From Lachnospiraceae bacterium (GTDB lineage: Bacteria > Bacillota > Clostridia > Lachnospirales > Lachnospiraceae), in the NCBI GenBank assembly GCA_045617945.1, contig JAZLJS010000101.1, positions 11,529 through 75,528 on the forward strand: a stretch of DNA of 64,000 nucleotides, in the 5' to 3' direction. Below the pieces are notes generated by a model. That model was not told the DNA's origin. It saw only the letters and a list, made by a program, of their open reading frames with translations, and ran no database searches. Numbering within the stretch: position 1 is the stretch's first letter; each line of letters starts with the position of its first letter. This document shows, in pieces, positions 18,787 through 29,758 of the stretch. The translations under genes were made by a program, and so were the position numbers.

Positions 18787-18816
18787 GAGGCCCGACGTTA
18801 TGTCGGACCTCTTTTG
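18787..18816. terminator. Terminator hairpin between convergent genes
   Basis: GAGGCCCGAC-gttat-GTCGGACCTC (one mismatch) followed by TTTT. Confidence 0.6.
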
Positions 18817-18852
18817 CCTTTCGGCGCACATTGTGATCAAAAAGGGCGGAGA

Positions 18853-21291
18853 TTACCCCATGATTACTTCAACATTATATTGTTTCTTGCCGGCTTCGTA
18901 AGGAATAACCGTTCCGGAAACTTCCTTGCCATCAACGATCAACTTCGCAACACCCTTTTCAACATCGCTCGGGTTCTTAACATTGATGTTGTAGATAGCA
19001 TCACGATATTCACGTGTGATGGTAAAGTCACCAAATCCCTTAGGTGTACAAGGATTGATGGACAGACCCTTATGTGTGGGATAAACACCCAGAATGTATT
19101 GGAAGATGTTTACAAATGTCCATGCTGCACAACCGGTTAACCAGGAGTTCTTGCCTTCACCGTGGAACTTCGCATCGCATCCTGCAACCATCTGGCAGTA
19201 GATGTAAGGCTCAGTACGATGAATCTCACTGATTTCTTCTGTGTAAGCGGGGCAGGTCTCCTTGTAAATCTGGAATGCTCTGTCACCACGTCCGACAACT
19301 GTTTCTGCGATGGATACCCAAGGGTTGTTATGACAGAAGATACCGGCATTCTCTTTATATCCGGGCGGATATGAGGAAACTTCACCGAGTTCTTCGTGAT
19401 ATCTTGTATAAGCGGGCTGTAAAAGAACGATACCGTATTTGGTTTCCAGTCTGTTCTTGACGGAATCAAGAGCCTTTACTGCTTCACCTGTTTCAACACC
19501 GACACCTGCGAGTACGCAGAAGCCTTGCGGCTCGATATAAATCTGACCTTCTTCACATTCCTTGGAACCGACTTTGTTACCGTAGGAATCATATGCACGG
19601 ATGAACCATTCACCGTCCCAGCCTGCATCTGTAAGAAGCAAATCCTTCATTGCTGCGGATTCTTTCTCGGCACGAACTGCTTCGTCTTCATTACCTACGA
19701 GACGGCACAGGTCTGCATATTCCTGACCGTATTTAACGAACATACCTGCGATGAATACGGATTCGGCAACAGGTCCTTCGGAAGGACCGAATGTCTGGAA
19801 GGATTCGCCGGGCTGTGTGCTGTGGCAGTTTAAGTTCAGGCAATCGTTCCAGTCTGCACGACCAATCAAAGGAAGTTTATGAGGTCCTCTGTGTGTATTG
19901 ATATACTCGAAAGATCTTCTCAAATGTTCCATCAAAGGCTGGGCAAGTTCTTCGTTATTATCAAAAGGAACCTTTTCATCCAAAACTGTGAGGTCACCTG
20001 TTTCACGAACATATGCGGAAACAGCGGCAATCAACCACAACGGATCATCGTTAAATCCGGAACCGATGTCTGAGTTACCTCTCTTTGTAAGGGGCTGGTA
20101 CTGATGGTATGCACGACCGTCTTCGAACTGAGTTGCAGCGATATCGAGAATACGCTGACGAGCTCTGTCGGGGATCAGATGCATGAATCCAAGAAGATCC
20201 TGACAGGAATCTCTGAAGCCCATACCACGTCCGATTCCGGATTCATAATAAGAAGCGGAACGGGACATATTGAATGTAACCATGCACTGGTACTGGTTCC
20301 AAATATTAACCATACGATTGACTTTGTCATTAGCGCTTTCTACATGGCACTTGGACAACAGTTTCTTCCAGTATTCGTTAAGTTCTGCAAAAGCCTTATC
20401 AACATCAGCATCACTCTTGTAGCGATTGAGCATATCGAAAGCTTTTGTCTTGTTGATGATACCGTAGCTTTCCCATTTGTCATCTTCGGCGTTTTCGATA
20501 TAACCGAGAACAAATACGAATGTCTTGCTCTCACCGGGTTGTAAGGAAACGTTGATCTGATGAGAAGCAATGGGATACCAGCCGGATGCAATACTGTTGT
20601 TGCATTTGCCGTTCTTGATAGCTTCCGGTGCATCGGGTCCGTTGTATACGCCAAGGAATTCGTCACGGCTTGTGTCGAATCCGTCAATCGGTGTATTAAC
20701 GGAGTAGATTGCGTAGTGATTACGACGCTCTCTGTATTCTGTCTTATGGAAAATCGTGGAGTCGACAACTTCTACTTCGCCTGTAGACAAATTACGCTGG
20801 AAGTTCTTCATGTCGTCATCAGCATTCCACAAACACCATTCTACATAAGAAAAGAGCTGCAGATTCTTGGCTGCTTTTGAATTATTGGTAATCGTCAGCT
20901 TGGAAACTTCACAATTATCATTCATGGGAACAAATGTCAGAACTGTGGCCTGAACATCATTCTTCTGTGAAGTGAATTTGCTGTAGCCGATACCGTGACG
21001 GCATTCATATGCATCAAGTTCTGTCTTAACGGGCTGCCAACCGGGATTCCATACGGTATCACCATCTTTGATATAGAAGTATTTACCGTTTGTGTCGGTA
21101 GGACAGGAATTGTAGCGGTAACGGGTAAGTCTTAATAATTTAGCGTCTTTGTAAAAAGTATAACCGCCGCATGTGTTGGAGATTAAGCTGAAGAACTCAT
21201 TGCATCCGAGGTAGTTAATCCAGGGAAGGGGAGTTCTGGGTGTTGTGATGACGTATTCAGCATTCGCATCATCAAAATAACCGAATTTCAT
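18853..21291 (-). CDS. GH94 cellobiose/cellodextrin phosphorylase
   Basis: From the ATG at 21291 the protein starts [29 protein letters not shown], the canonical cellobiose phosphorylase N-terminus. 812 aa. The 35 aa upstream in the ORF track are discarded. Confidence 0.85.
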   Translation of the reverse strand: MKFGYFDDANAEYVITTPRTPLPWINYLGCNEFFSLISNTCGGYTFYKDAKLLRLTRYRYNSCPTDTNGKYFYIKDGDTVWNPGWQPVKTELDAYECRHGIGYSKFTSQKNDVQATVLTFVPMNDNCEVSKLTITNNSKAAKNLQLFSYVEWCLWNADDDMKNFQRNLSTGEVEVVDSTIFHKTEYRERRNHYAIYSVNTPIDGFDTSRDEFLGVYNGPDAPEAIKNGKCNNSIASGWYPIASHQINVSLQPGESKTFVFVLGYIENAEDDKWESYGIINKTKAFDMLNRYKSDADVDKAFAELNEYWKKLLSKCHVESANDKVNRMVNIWNQYQCMVTFNMSRSASYYESGIGRGMGFRDSCQDLLGFMHLIPDRARQRILDIAATQFEDGRAYHQYQPLTKRGNSDIGSGFNDDPLWLIAAVSAYVRETGDLTVLDEKVPFDNNEELAQPLMEHLRRSFEYINTHRGPHKLPLIGRADWNDCLNLNCHSTQPGESFQTFGPSEGPVAESVFIAGMFVKYGQEYADLCRLVGNEDEAVRAEKESAAMKDLLLTDAGWDGEWFIRAYDSYGNKVGSKECEEGQIYIEPQGFCVLAGVGVETGEAVKALDSVKNRLETKYGIVLLQPAYTRYHEELGEVSSYPPGYKENAGIFCHNNPWVSIAETVVGRGDRAFQIYKETCPAYTEEISEIHRTEPYIYCQMVAGCDAKFHGEGKNSWLTGCAAWTFVNIFQYILGVYPTHKGLSINPCTPKGFGDFTITREYRDAIYNINVKNPSDVEKGVAKLIVDGKEVSGTVIPYEAGKKQYNVEVIMG

Positions 21292-21352
21292 ATTTGTCAC
21301 TCCATTCTGTAGGTTAATATAGTAGGTTGCAAGGTTGATTTTACTATCAAGT

Positions 21353-21363
21353 AAACGATTAAG
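21353..21363. promoter_or_regulatory. Candidate LacI-type operator half/motif, copy 1
   Basis: AAACGATTAAG (within GTAAACGATTAAG) in the GH94/lacI divergent region. It partly resembles TGTAAACGTTTACA-type operators. Confidence 0.25.
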
Positions 21364-21549
21364 TAAGTTGATAAAAAAAATAACCCCCGATGGCATAAGT
21401 ATATCGAATCATATGTTGTAAATCAACATCAAAATGTGAAAAAAGAGTACTTTTTTGCAAAATCAACAATTTTGCATTATGAAAATGTCACAAAAAAACA
21501 AATAGTTAGTTGAAAAAAATAGGAAAAAGTGTTATTTTTTAGTAAACGA

Positions 21550-21560
21550 AAACGATTAAG
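21550..21560. promoter_or_regulatory. Candidate LacI-type operator half/motif, copy 2
   Basis: An exact second copy of AAACGATTAAG, 53 nt upstream of the LacI-family gene start. Confidence 0.25.
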
Positions 21561-21612
21561 AAATTTTTTGATATAAACAAATTGTCTATTACGAACCGGA
21601 AGAGGATAACGT

Positions 21613-22617
21613 ATGGTATCAATGAAAGATATTGCCCAAAAGTGTGGTGTTTCTGTTGCTACAGTCAGCAAGGCATTAAATGACCACAGTGATATTGGGG
21701 AAGAAACCAAGAATCAGATTCGACAGATGGCGCAGGAAATGGGATATTTTCCGAACAGTTTTGCCAGAGCATTGAAGACGAAGCGTACCTATAATTTGGG
21801 TGTGCTGTTTGTTGATGACTCTTCCAGTGGTTTGACGCATGACTATTTTGCTCACGTTTTGGATTCGTTTAAGCGTTATGCCGAGAATAATGGGTATGAT
21901 ATTACATTTATTAACGGTCAGATTCGCAATAATATGAATTATTTGGAACACAGCCGTTATCGTGGCGTTGATGGCGTTGTTATCGCCTGTGTCGACTTCG
22001 ATGATTCGAATGTTTTGGAGTTGATTCGAAGCGATCTACCGGTAGTTACGATTGACCATGTTTTTGATGATCGTATTTCCGTTGTCAGTGATAACGCCGG
22101 CGGCATGCAGGAATTGACGGAATATGTATGTGCCTGCGGACACCGTCGAATCGCATATATTCACGGTGATGATACGGCTCCGACCAGAAACCGTGTGGCA
22201 AGTTTCTATAAGGTCCTTGCGGGTTACGGTGTTACACCGCCTGATGAATATGTATGTCCTTCTACATACCGTAATTCATCGATGGCATGGCGTTATACCA
22301 AGAAACTGTTACAGCTTCCCGAGCGCCCGACATGTATTCTGTATCCGGATGACTTTTCCTGTATAGGAGGAATCAATGCTATTACAGAGGAAGGCCTTCG
22401 AATTCCGGAGGATATTTCCGTAGCCGGATACGACGGCAGCTATGTATCCAGAATTTTCAGCCCTAAGATTACGACAATGGTGCAGGACACCGGTGAGATC
22501 GGTCGTATCGCGGCGGAGAAGCTGATTTCGATGATTGAGAGTCCGAAGAGTACGATTATAGAGAAGATAGTTGTTCCGGGAACATTGTATGTAGGCGCAT
22601 CGGTCGGACCGGTGTAG
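21613..22617 (+). CDS. LacI family transcriptional regulator
   Basis: N-terminal HTH MKDIAQKCGVSVATVSKALN followed by a periplasmic-binding-protein-like sugar-binding core. Confidence 0.9.
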   Translation: MVSMKDIAQKCGVSVATVSKALNDHSDIGEETKNQIRQMAQEMGYFPNSFARALKTKRTYNLGVLFVDDSSSGLTHDYFAHVLDSFKRYAENNGYDITFINGQIRNNMNYLEHSRYRGVDGVVIACVDFDDSNVLELIRSDLPVVTIDHVFDDRISVVSDNAGGMQELTEYVCACGHRRIAYIHGDDTAPTRNRVASFYKVLAGYGVTPPDEYVCPSTYRNSSMAWRYTKKLLQLPERPTCILYPDDFSCIGGINAITEEGLRIPEDISVAGYDGSYVSRIFSPKITTMVQDTGEIGRIAAEKLISMIESPKSTIIEKIVVPGTLYVGASVGPV

Positions 22618-22630
22618 ATAAGGAGGGGTT

Positions 22631-24139
22631 ATGTACAAATTATTTGTTAATCCGGCAGTGAAAAAGGGGCATATTAATCCTGAATTGCAGGGACATTTTT
22701 CCGAACATTTGGGACGTTGTATTTACGGCGGTTTGTATGTTGGAGAGAATTCGGATATTCCCAATACAAATGGCATACGAAATGATGTTGTGGAAGCTCT
22801 TCGCGAAATGAAGATTCCGGTTCTGCGTTGGCCGGGCGGATGCTTTGCAGATGAGTATCACTGGAAGGACGGAATCGGTCCGAAAGAGAATCGCAAGAAG
22901 ATGATAAATACGCATTGGGGCGGTGTCGTTGAGGACAACAGCTTTGGTACGCATGAGTATATGGAATTGTGCCGCCAGCTCGGATGTAAGAGCTATGTGA
23001 ACGGAAACGTCGGCAGCGGAACTGTTCAGGAGATGAGCGAATGGGTGGAATATATGACTTTTGAAGGCGTTTCTCCCATGGCGGATATGAGAGCGCAGAA
23101 TGGTCATAAGGATTCCTGGGATTTGAATTATTTCTGCGTAGGAAACGAGAACTGGGGTTGCGGCGGCAATATGCTTCCGGAATATTATGCGAACTTGTAC
23201 AGACGTTATCAGACTTATGTGCGCAATTATGATAGTAACAAACATATTTTCAAGATTTGTTGCGGTCCGAATGCCGATGATTACGATTGGACGGATACAG
23301 TTATGAAACAATGTTTCAAAAAGTCACCCGATTCCGTTCACGGCTTTATGGATGGACTGTCGCTTCACTATTATACGGTGCCGAAAACATGGGAAACCAA
23401 GGGCGGAGCTACGGGATTTGACGAGGAAACGTATTATCAGACGCTTAAGAAGACATTGTATATGGAAGAATTAGTTTCGCGTCATACGGCAATCATGGAT
23501 AAGTATGATAAGGAACATAAGGTGGCTCTTGTTGTGGACGAATGGGGTACCTGGTACGATGTTGAGCCCGGAACGAATCCCGGATTCTTATATCAGCAGA
23601 ATACGATGCGTGATGCGATTGTTGCGGGCATTAACCTGAATATCTTCAACAAGCATTGTGATCGCGTGAAGATGGCGAATATTGCGCAGCTTGTCAATGT
23701 TTTGCAGTCAGTGATCCTGACCGAAGGCGACAAGATGGTGAAAACTCCGACGTATTATGCATTTAAGATGTACAGCTGCCATCAGGATGCAGAGCTTTTG
23801 GACAGCTTTATCCAAACCGATATGATTGGAACCGATGAGACCAAGGTTCCCAATCTTTGTGAATCGGTTTCTGTTTCGGAAGACGGAACGATCAATATGA
23901 CGATTGTGAATCTGTCGAATCGTGATTTGTATGAAGTGGAAAGTGTATTTGCGGATGCAAAAGTCACAGGCGTGAAGGGTGATATTCTTACGGCCGAGAT
24001 GGGTGCGCACAATACTTTTGATTGTCCGGATGCAGTGGGAACAAAAGAGTTTTCCGATTATTCGTTTGATGGAAACAGGATTATGATGAAGATACCGGCA
24101 TGCTCAATTGTTGCATTGAATGTGAAGGTTGCTGAATAG
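22631..24139 (+). CDS. GH51 alpha-L-arabinofuranosidase
   Basis: 502 aa. The N-terminus [25 protein letters not shown]...[15 protein letters not shown] and the GNENWGCGG catalytic region are typical of AbfA-type GH51. Confidence 0.85.
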   Translation: MYKLFVNPAVKKGHINPELQGHFSEHLGRCIYGGLYVGENSDIPNTNGIRNDVVEALREMKIPVLRWPGGCFADEYHWKDGIGPKENRKKMINTHWGGVVEDNSFGTHEYMELCRQLGCKSYVNGNVGSGTVQEMSEWVEYMTFEGVSPMADMRAQNGHKDSWDLNYFCVGNENWGCGGNMLPEYYANLYRRYQTYVRNYDSNKHIFKICCGPNADDYDWTDTVMKQCFKKSPDSVHGFMDGLSLHYYTVPKTWETKGGATGFDEETYYQTLKKTLYMEELVSRHTAIMDKYDKEHKVALVVDEWGTWYDVEPGTNPGFLYQQNTMRDAIVAGINLNIFNKHCDRVKMANIAQLVNVLQSVILTEGDKMVKTPTYYAFKMYSCHQDAELLDSFIQTDMIGTDETKVPNLCESVSVSEDGTINMTIVNLSNRDLYEVESVFADAKVTGVKGDILTAEMGAHNTFDCPDAVGTKEFSDYSFDGNRIMMKIPACSIVALNVKVAE

Positions 24140-24178
24140 GAGGCGCCGGGATAATATTGAAATAATGGCAAACTTGGA

Positions 24179-24460
24179 ATGATCATGGAACAAGAAGGAA
24201 AAACAGCAGATTCGTTGAGGGTATGCTATCGGTGCCTGATTCGTGAGATGATGGATTCTACAAACTATTATGAACGAATCGGTAAATATATCGATGCAAT
24301 TTCCACAGATGAGAAGGCTTCAAAGGAATTGTACGAGGAAAGATTGAATATATGCAGGCAATGTGCAGACCTTTTGGAAGGAACATGTAATTCTTGCGGG
24401 TGTTATGTGGAACTTCGGGCAGCTTCCGATAAATCCTATTGCCCCAATAAAAAATGGTAG
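24179..24460 (+). CDS. Small cysteine-rich protein (putative metal-binding), function unknown
   Basis: 93 aa with CYRC, CRQC, CNSCGC and CP motifs. Its stop codon lies in the stem of the following terminator. Confidence 0.55.
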   Translation: MIMEQEGKTADSLRVCYRCLIREMMDSTNYYERIGKYIDAISTDEKASKELYEERLNICRQCADLLEGTCNSCGCYVELRAASDKSYCPNKKW

Positions 24461-24481
24461 CGAAAATTCGCTACCATTTTT
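24456..24481. terminator. Terminator hairpin
   Basis: GGTAGCGA-aaat-TCGCTACC followed by ATTTTTG. Confidence 0.7.
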
Positions 24482-24495
24482 GTATGTATGCAATT

Positions 24496-24583
24496 ACAGG
24501 CAAGTCATGTCACTTTTATAGACAAGTCATACCACTTCTATAGGCGAGCCATACCACTTCTACAGGCGAGCTACGCCGCTTTT
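24496..24583. repeat. Tandem repeat, 22 bp x 4, seeded in the 3' end of the malic enzyme gene
   Basis: Units at 24496, 24518, 24540 and 24562 (A(C/T)AGGCGAGC(C/T)A(T/C)(A/G)CC(A/G)CTT(C/T)T). Unit 4 encodes the last residues (SGVARL) and the stop sits at the unit 3/4 boundary. Confidence 0.85.
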
Positions 24584-25732
24584 ACGGGCAGCTTCTGCAA
24601 CTGCCTCTGCAACTGCTTTTGTAACGTTCGCATTAAAACTGTCGGGAATGATGTAATCGGCACGAAGCTCTTTTTCGGATACATTTCCGGCGATGGCATA
24701 AGCTGCGGCAAGCTTCATTTCATCATTGATATCTTTTGCACGAACATCCAATGCACCGCGGAATATTCCGGGGAATGCCAATACGTTATTAATCTGATTC
24801 GGATAATCACTTCGGCCTGTCGCCATGATTGCAACACCTGCAGCTTTGGCAATGTCGGGCATAATCTCGGGAACGGGATTGGCCATTGCAAAAACAATCG
24901 GATCTTTGGCCATTTTCTTAACCATTTCTTCTGTCAAAACTCCGGGAGCAGATACGCCGATAAATACATCCGCGCCTTCGATAACGTCAGCAAGCAAACC
25001 TTTCTTCATGCTGCGGTTGGAGATGGCAGCCATCTCGGCTTTGATCGGATTCAGATGATCGCGGCCTTCGTAAATGGCACCCTTCTTATCGCACAGAATT
25101 ACATTCTTTAATCCTGTCTTCATCAGAAGCTTTGTAATGGCGATGCCGGCAGCACCGGAACCATTGACAACGACTTCGATATCTTCAATATTCTTATGAA
25201 CGAGCTTTAACGCATTGATCAGTCCTGCCAGAACAACAACGGCTGTTCCGTGCTGATCATCGTGGAAAATGGGAATATCGCAACGTTCTTTTAGTTTCTT
25301 CTCAATCTCAAAACATCTCGGAGCAGCAATATCTTCGAGATTGACACCACCGAATGAGCCGGCAAGAAGTGCAACCGTGTTGACGATTTCATCAACATCC
25401 TTGGAACGGATACATAACGGAAACGCGTCAACATTTCCGAAACGTTTGAATAATACACATTTGCCTTCCATGACGGGCATTCCCGCCTCCGGTCCGATGT
25501 CGCCCAATCCCAAAACGGCTGTGCCGTCGGTTACTACGGCAACGAGATTGGCACGTCTTGTGTACGTGTATGATAATTCGGTGTCTTTTTGAATCTCCAG
25601 GCAGGGCTGCGCAACACCGGGTGTGTAAGCAACTGCCAGATCGGCCATAGTATCAACCTTGGCGCGATAATTAACTTCGATTTTTCCTTGCCATTCTTTG
25701 TGCTTTTCTAAAGCCAGTTCTTTGACGTCCAT
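24560..25732 (-). CDS. NAD(P)-dependent malic enzyme (oxaloacetate-decarboxylating)
   Basis: 390 aa. Typical short-form malic enzyme segments (AVAYTPGVAQPC, VAVVTDGTAVLGLGDIG, FGGVNLEDI, VVNGSGAAGIA). Confidence 0.9.
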   Translation of the reverse strand: MDVKELALEKHKEWQGKIEVNYRAKVDTMADLAVAYTPGVAQPCLEIQKDTELSYTYTRRANLVAVVTDGTAVLGLGDIGPEAGMPVMEGKCVLFKRFGNVDAFPLCIRSKDVDEIVNTVALLAGSFGGVNLEDIAAPRCFEIEKKLKERCDIPIFHDDQHGTAVVVLAGLINALKLVHKNIEDIEVVVNGSGAAGIAITKLLMKTGLKNVILCDKKGAIYEGRDHLNPIKAEMAAISNRSMKKGLLADVIEGADVFIGVSAPGVLTEEMVKKMAKDPIVFAMANPVPEIMPDIAKAAGVAIMATGRSDYPNQINNVLAFPGIFRGALDVRAKDINDEMKLAAAYAIAGNVSEKELRADYIIPDSFNANVTKAVAEAVAEAARKSGVARL

Positions 25733-25990
25733 AGTAATCTCCGTTTCACCTGTGAAATCAGGACTGTTTATCCTTTTTGTTTTTAGACAGTACAGTAGCC
25801 CGATGGGGGAACCAACGGGCTACGATGAGGGGAGTATAAATAATTAATAAGGGGTCGTAATTGAGAATCGTTTGAAGGGGAGATTCTCGCTTACAGGTGT
25901 TATTATATTATATGATTTTGGAAAAAACAACCGATTTTGGAAAATAGTATGTAAGAATTTTTCAGTAACAAGATGTTGTAGAATTATGGT

Positions 25991-27922
25991 ATGATAAGGC
26001 TTATGAGAATCTTATTAGTGGCAATAAACAGCAAATATATTCATTCCAACCCTGCCGTATATGACCTCAGGGCTTATACTATAGCACACTTTTTTGAGGA
26101 TTGCGATACTACATATCCCGCTGACGCGAAAGTCACTCGTTCCGAGAATATGCCCGACATCCTGATTCGTGAATATACTATTAATCAGCCGCTAATGGAT
26201 ATTGCACGTGACATTTACAGGAATAAGCCGGATGTTTTGGCGTTCTCCTGTTATATTTGGAATATCGAAACCGTATCGCAGCTTTTGGGAATCCTTCATA
26301 AGATAATGCCTGATGTACCGATTTGGCTGGGCGGTCCCGAAGTAAGCTATGATGTTGCGAAAGACTCCGAAGTTGCAAGAAATTCTGCGAAGCATCCTTT
26401 GAACTTTGATGGAAATTCTGTGGAGCGTTCTATGAACTCTGACGGATATTCAGATGTAAGGGGAATTATCTGCGGCGAAGGCGAGAAGAGTTTTTGCAGA
26501 CTTGTAAGAGCATATGCCTGCGGACAGCAGGATGACCTGCCGCACGTTCTTTATCCTGACAGTGAACTGTCTATGGATGATCTTCCGTTTCCTTATGAAG
26601 ATACCGAACCGTTTCGCAACCGTATTATATATTACGAAACCAGTCGCGGCTGCCCATACGCATGTAGCTACTGCCTTTCCGCAGGCGAGCGACTTTTGGG
26701 GACAGGACAACAAACTGCAGGTGAGCGACTTTTGGGGATAGGACAACAAACTGCGGGCGAGCGACTTTCGCCCTTGGGCGGGGACTGCAACAGTCGTATA
26801 AAGTTTCGCAGCCTGTCGCTTGTTTATAAGGAATTGCAACATTTTCTGGATGCGCGTGTGCCGCTTGTAAAGTTTGTGGATCGTACGTTTAACTGTAATC
26901 ATGCGCATGCCATGGGCATCTGGGAATATTTGAGCGATCATGATAATGGGGTAACGACGTTTCATTTTGAGATTGCGGGTGAGATCCTGACGGAGGAAGA
27001 GATAGCGTTGCTGTCAACGCTTCGAAAAGGGCTGGTGCAGTTGGAAATCGGCGTGCAGACTGTTAATTCCGAGACTTTGCGTGCTATTTGCAGAGCATCC
27101 GATCCCGGGAAATTGCGCAGAATTGTGGCAAAACTCCTCGCGCCGGCGAACATACATATTCATCTTGACCTGATTGCCGGGTTGCCGTTTGAGAATCTGG
27201 CATCGTTCCGTCATTCCTTTGACGAAGTGTATTCGATGGGCGGGCATGATTTGCAGCTTGGATTTTTGAAACTTTTGAAGGGGTCGCCGTTATATGAGCG
27301 GGCCCAAGAGTATGGAATTGTCTGCTCGGACTGCGCACCGTATGAGGTGCTGTATACAAAGTGGCTGTCGTTTGATGACATCCTTTTGCTTAAGAGCGTA
27401 GAGGAAATGGTGGAAGTATACCATAACAGTCTGCAGTTTATGAATACGATGGCCTATTTGGAGAGCCGATTCGATTCACCGTTTTGTATATATGAAGAAC
27501 TGGCGGTATATTATAGAGGAAACGGACTGGATGAACGCTCGCATAATCGGTTTGCCAGATATGAAATATTGCGGGATTGGTGGCTTGATAAGCATCCCGA
27601 AGATGATGCGGTATTTACGGAGATTCTTCTTACGGATATGTATCTTCGTGAGAATGTGAAGAACCGTCCTGCATATGGAAAGAACGGTGAGGTTGTTGCG
27701 CGGGAGTATCGGATGTTTTTTGAAAACCGCGGTTACGAAGAGTTCCTGCATGATTACGCTGATTATTCGCCGACCCAGGTGTCCCATATGGTACATATAG
27801 AGAAGGTCGGTGCGGCGGGCCATATTTTGTTTGATTACAGAGAACGCAATCCCATTACGGGGAATGCTACGACATATTATATAGAAGAGAAGGATTGGAG
27901 AAGGTTATGCAATACAAATTGA
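25991..27922 (+). CDS. B12-binding domain radical SAM protein (DUF4080-type C-terminus)
   Basis: MRILLVAINSKYIHSNPAVYDLRAY N-terminus. CxxxCxxC motif CPYACSYC. Carries an unusual repeat insertion right after that motif. Confidence 0.8.
   Translation: MIRLMRILLVAINSKYIHSNPAVYDLRAYTIAHFFEDCDTTYPADAKVTRSENMPDILIREYTINQPLMDIARDIYRNKPDVLAFSCYIWNIETVSQLLGILHKIMPDVPIWLGGPEVSYDVAKDSEVARNSAKHPLNFDGNSVERSMNSDGYSDVRGIICGEGEKSFCRLVRAYACGQQDDLPHVLYPDSELSMDDLPFPYEDTEPFRNRIIYYETSRGCPYACSYCLSAGERLLGTGQQTAGERLLGIGQQTAGERLSPLGGDCNSRIKFRSLSLVYKELQHFLDARVPLVKFVDRTFNCNHAHAMGIWEYLSDHDNGVTTFHFEIAGEILTEEEIALLSTLRKGLVQLEIGVQTVNSETLRAICRASDPGKLRRIVAKLLAPANIHIHLDLIAGLPFENLASFRHSFDEVYSMGGHDLQLGFLKLLKGSPLYERAQEYGIVCSDCAPYEVLYTKWLSFDDILLLKSVEEMVEVYHNSLQFMNTMAYLESRFDSPFCIYEELAVYYRGNGLDERSHNRFARYEILRDWWLDKHPEDDAVFTEILLTDMYLRENVKNRPAYGKNGEVVAREYRMFFENRGYEEFLHDYADYSPTQVSHMVHIEKVGAAGHILFDYRERNPITGNATTYYIEEKDWRRLCNTN
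26681..26785 (+). repeat. In-frame 36-bp tandem repeat (about 2.9 copies) inside the radical SAM CDS
   Basis: GCAGGCGAGCGACTTTTGGGGACAGGACAACAAACT at 26681 and 26717, plus a diverged third copy. It encodes AGERLLGTGQQT-AGERLLGIGQQT-AGERLSPLGGD. Confidence 0.9.
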
Positions 27923-29052
27923 TTGCTCCCTGTCATTTCGGCATGGAGGCGGTATTAAAGAAAGAGATTGCCGATCTCGGATATGAAATTGTTGAAGTAC
28001 AGGATGGGCGTGTGACTTTTGCGGCCGATGAGGCCGGAATTGCCAGATCCAATATATTTCTGCGCACCGCGGAGCGAATCCTTATGCAGACGGCGGATTT
28101 TGTGGCGACAACATATGATGAACTGTTTGAAGGGATAAAGTCAGTCGACTGGTCACAGTTTATTCCGGAAGACGGCAGATTCTGGGTGGCGAAGGCGGCC
28201 AGCGTGAAGAGCAAACTGTTTTCTCCGTCCGATATCCAGTCGATTATTAAGAAAGCGATGGTCGAAAGCATGAAGCGCTCGTACCATACGGACTGGTTTC
28301 CCGAGGATGGGAATGACTTTCCCTTCAGGGTGTTCCTTAATAAGGACAGAGTAACGGTCGGGCTGGATACTTCCGGAGAATCTCTGCATAAGCGCGGATA
28401 TCGAAAGCTTGTCAGTAAAGCGCCTGTGGCGGAAAACCTTGCGGCGGCGATGATTGCGCTTACCCCGTGGAATAGGGACCGAATTCTGGTGGACCCGTTT
28501 TGCGGTTGCGGAACGATTCCGATTGAGGCGGCGATGATTGCGGCAAATATCGCACCGGGTGCCAATCGCGAATTTACTGCGGAGAAATGGACGAACATTA
28601 TTCCGAGAAAGTGTTGGTATGCGGCAGTGGAAGAGGCGAATGATCTTATGGATTTGTCTGTTCGCCCGGATATTCAGGGATATGACATCGACGGTGAGAT
28701 GATAAAGGCCGCGAAGCAGAATGCGGCGCTTGCGGGCGTTGACGAAATGATTCATTTCCAGAAACGTCCGGTGGCGGAACTGTCGCATCCGAAGAAATAC
28801 GGTTTCCTGATTACGAATCCGCCATACGGCGAACGAATCGGTGAAACAGCAGAACTGATTCAACTTTATAAAGAATTGGGACAGGCATTTAATGAGCGGC
28901 TGGATTGCTGGTCCGCGTATATCATCAGTGGTTATGCGGATGTTGAGAAGTATATGGGCAGAAAGGCCGACAAGAATCGCAAGATTTACAACGGCATGAT
29001 GAAGACATATTATTATCAGTTTCTTGGCCCATACAAGAGTAAGAGGAAATGA
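27907..29052 (+). CDS. THUMP domain class I SAM-dependent RNA methyltransferase (RlmL/YpsC-like)
   Basis: NPPYGERIG motif and DPFCGCGTIPIEA SAM-binding region. ATG at 27907 is preceded by GGAGAAGG. Overlaps the preceding gene's end. Confidence 0.8.
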   Translation: MQYKLIAPCHFGMEAVLKKEIADLGYEIVEVQDGRVTFAADEAGIARSNIFLRTAERILMQTADFVATTYDELFEGIKSVDWSQFIPEDGRFWVAKAASVKSKLFSPSDIQSIIKKAMVESMKRSYHTDWFPEDGNDFPFRVFLNKDRVTVGLDTSGESLHKRGYRKLVSKAPVAENLAAAMIALTPWNRDRILVDPFCGCGTIPIEAAMIAANIAPGANREFTAEKWTNIIPRKCWYAAVEEANDLMDLSVRPDIQGYDIDGEMIKAAKQNAALAGVDEMIHFQKRPVAELSHPKKYGFLITNPPYGERIGETAELIQLYKELGQAFNERLDCWSAYIISGYADVEKYMGRKADKNRKIYNGMMKTYYYQFLGPYKSKRK

Positions 29053-29651
29053 AGATGGATGTGATTTTTGCTACGGGAAATGAAAACAAATTAAAGGAGA
29101 TCAAAGCAGTTCTGGAGGGAACGGGACTTTCGGTGATATCCATGAAAGAAGCGGGTGTGTTCCGGGACATCGACGAGACCGGGACGACCTTTGAAGAGAA
29201 TGCATTAATCAAAGCTGAAACTATACGAAACGCAACAGGCAAACTGACGCTGGCGGATGATTCGGGATTGGTTATTGATGCTTTGGGTGGCGAACCGGGC
29301 ATATATTCATCGAGATATTTGGGTGAAGATACACCGTATGATGTTAAAAACGGCATTATTTTGGAGAGAATGGCTGATGTTCCCGAAGAAAAGCGCAGCG
29401 CTCGATTTGTTTGTGCGATAGCGATTGCGTATCCCGATGGAACAAGCGAAGTGGTTCGCGGCGTTATGGAAGGCCGCATTGCCTATGAAATCGCAGGCGA
29501 GAATGGATTCGGTTACGACCCGATTTTCTTCCTTCCCAAGATGGGATGCACTTCGGCCGAGATTCCGATGGAAGAGAAGAACGCCATAAGTCACAGAGGA
29601 AAAGGTCTGCGACTTATGAAGGAGAGATTGGCTGCGCGTGGATTGATTTGA
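29049..29651 (+). CDS. rdgB: RdgB/HAM1 non-canonical purine NTP pyrophosphatase
   Basis: VIFATGNENKLKEI, DSGLVIDALGGEPGIYS, FGYDPIF, ISHRGKG. ATGA start/stop overlap with the upstream gene. Confidence 0.9.
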   Translation: MKMDVIFATGNENKLKEIKAVLEGTGLSVISMKEAGVFRDIDETGTTFEENALIKAETIRNATGKLTLADDSGLVIDALGGEPGIYSSRYLGEDTPYDVKNGIILERMADVPEEKRSARFVCAIAIAYPDGTSEVVRGVMEGRIAYEIAGENGFGYDPIFFLPKMGCTSAEIPMEEKNAISHRGKGLRLMKERLAARGLI

Positions 29652-29758
29652 TTCGGGATGTAAAAGTAGGGATTGTTCTTATGGTTGATGGATTGCTTAT
29701 ATGCATGGTGGATTGTTTCTGTGCCTGAAGTATTGAGATGTATGAGGAATTCGGTAAG

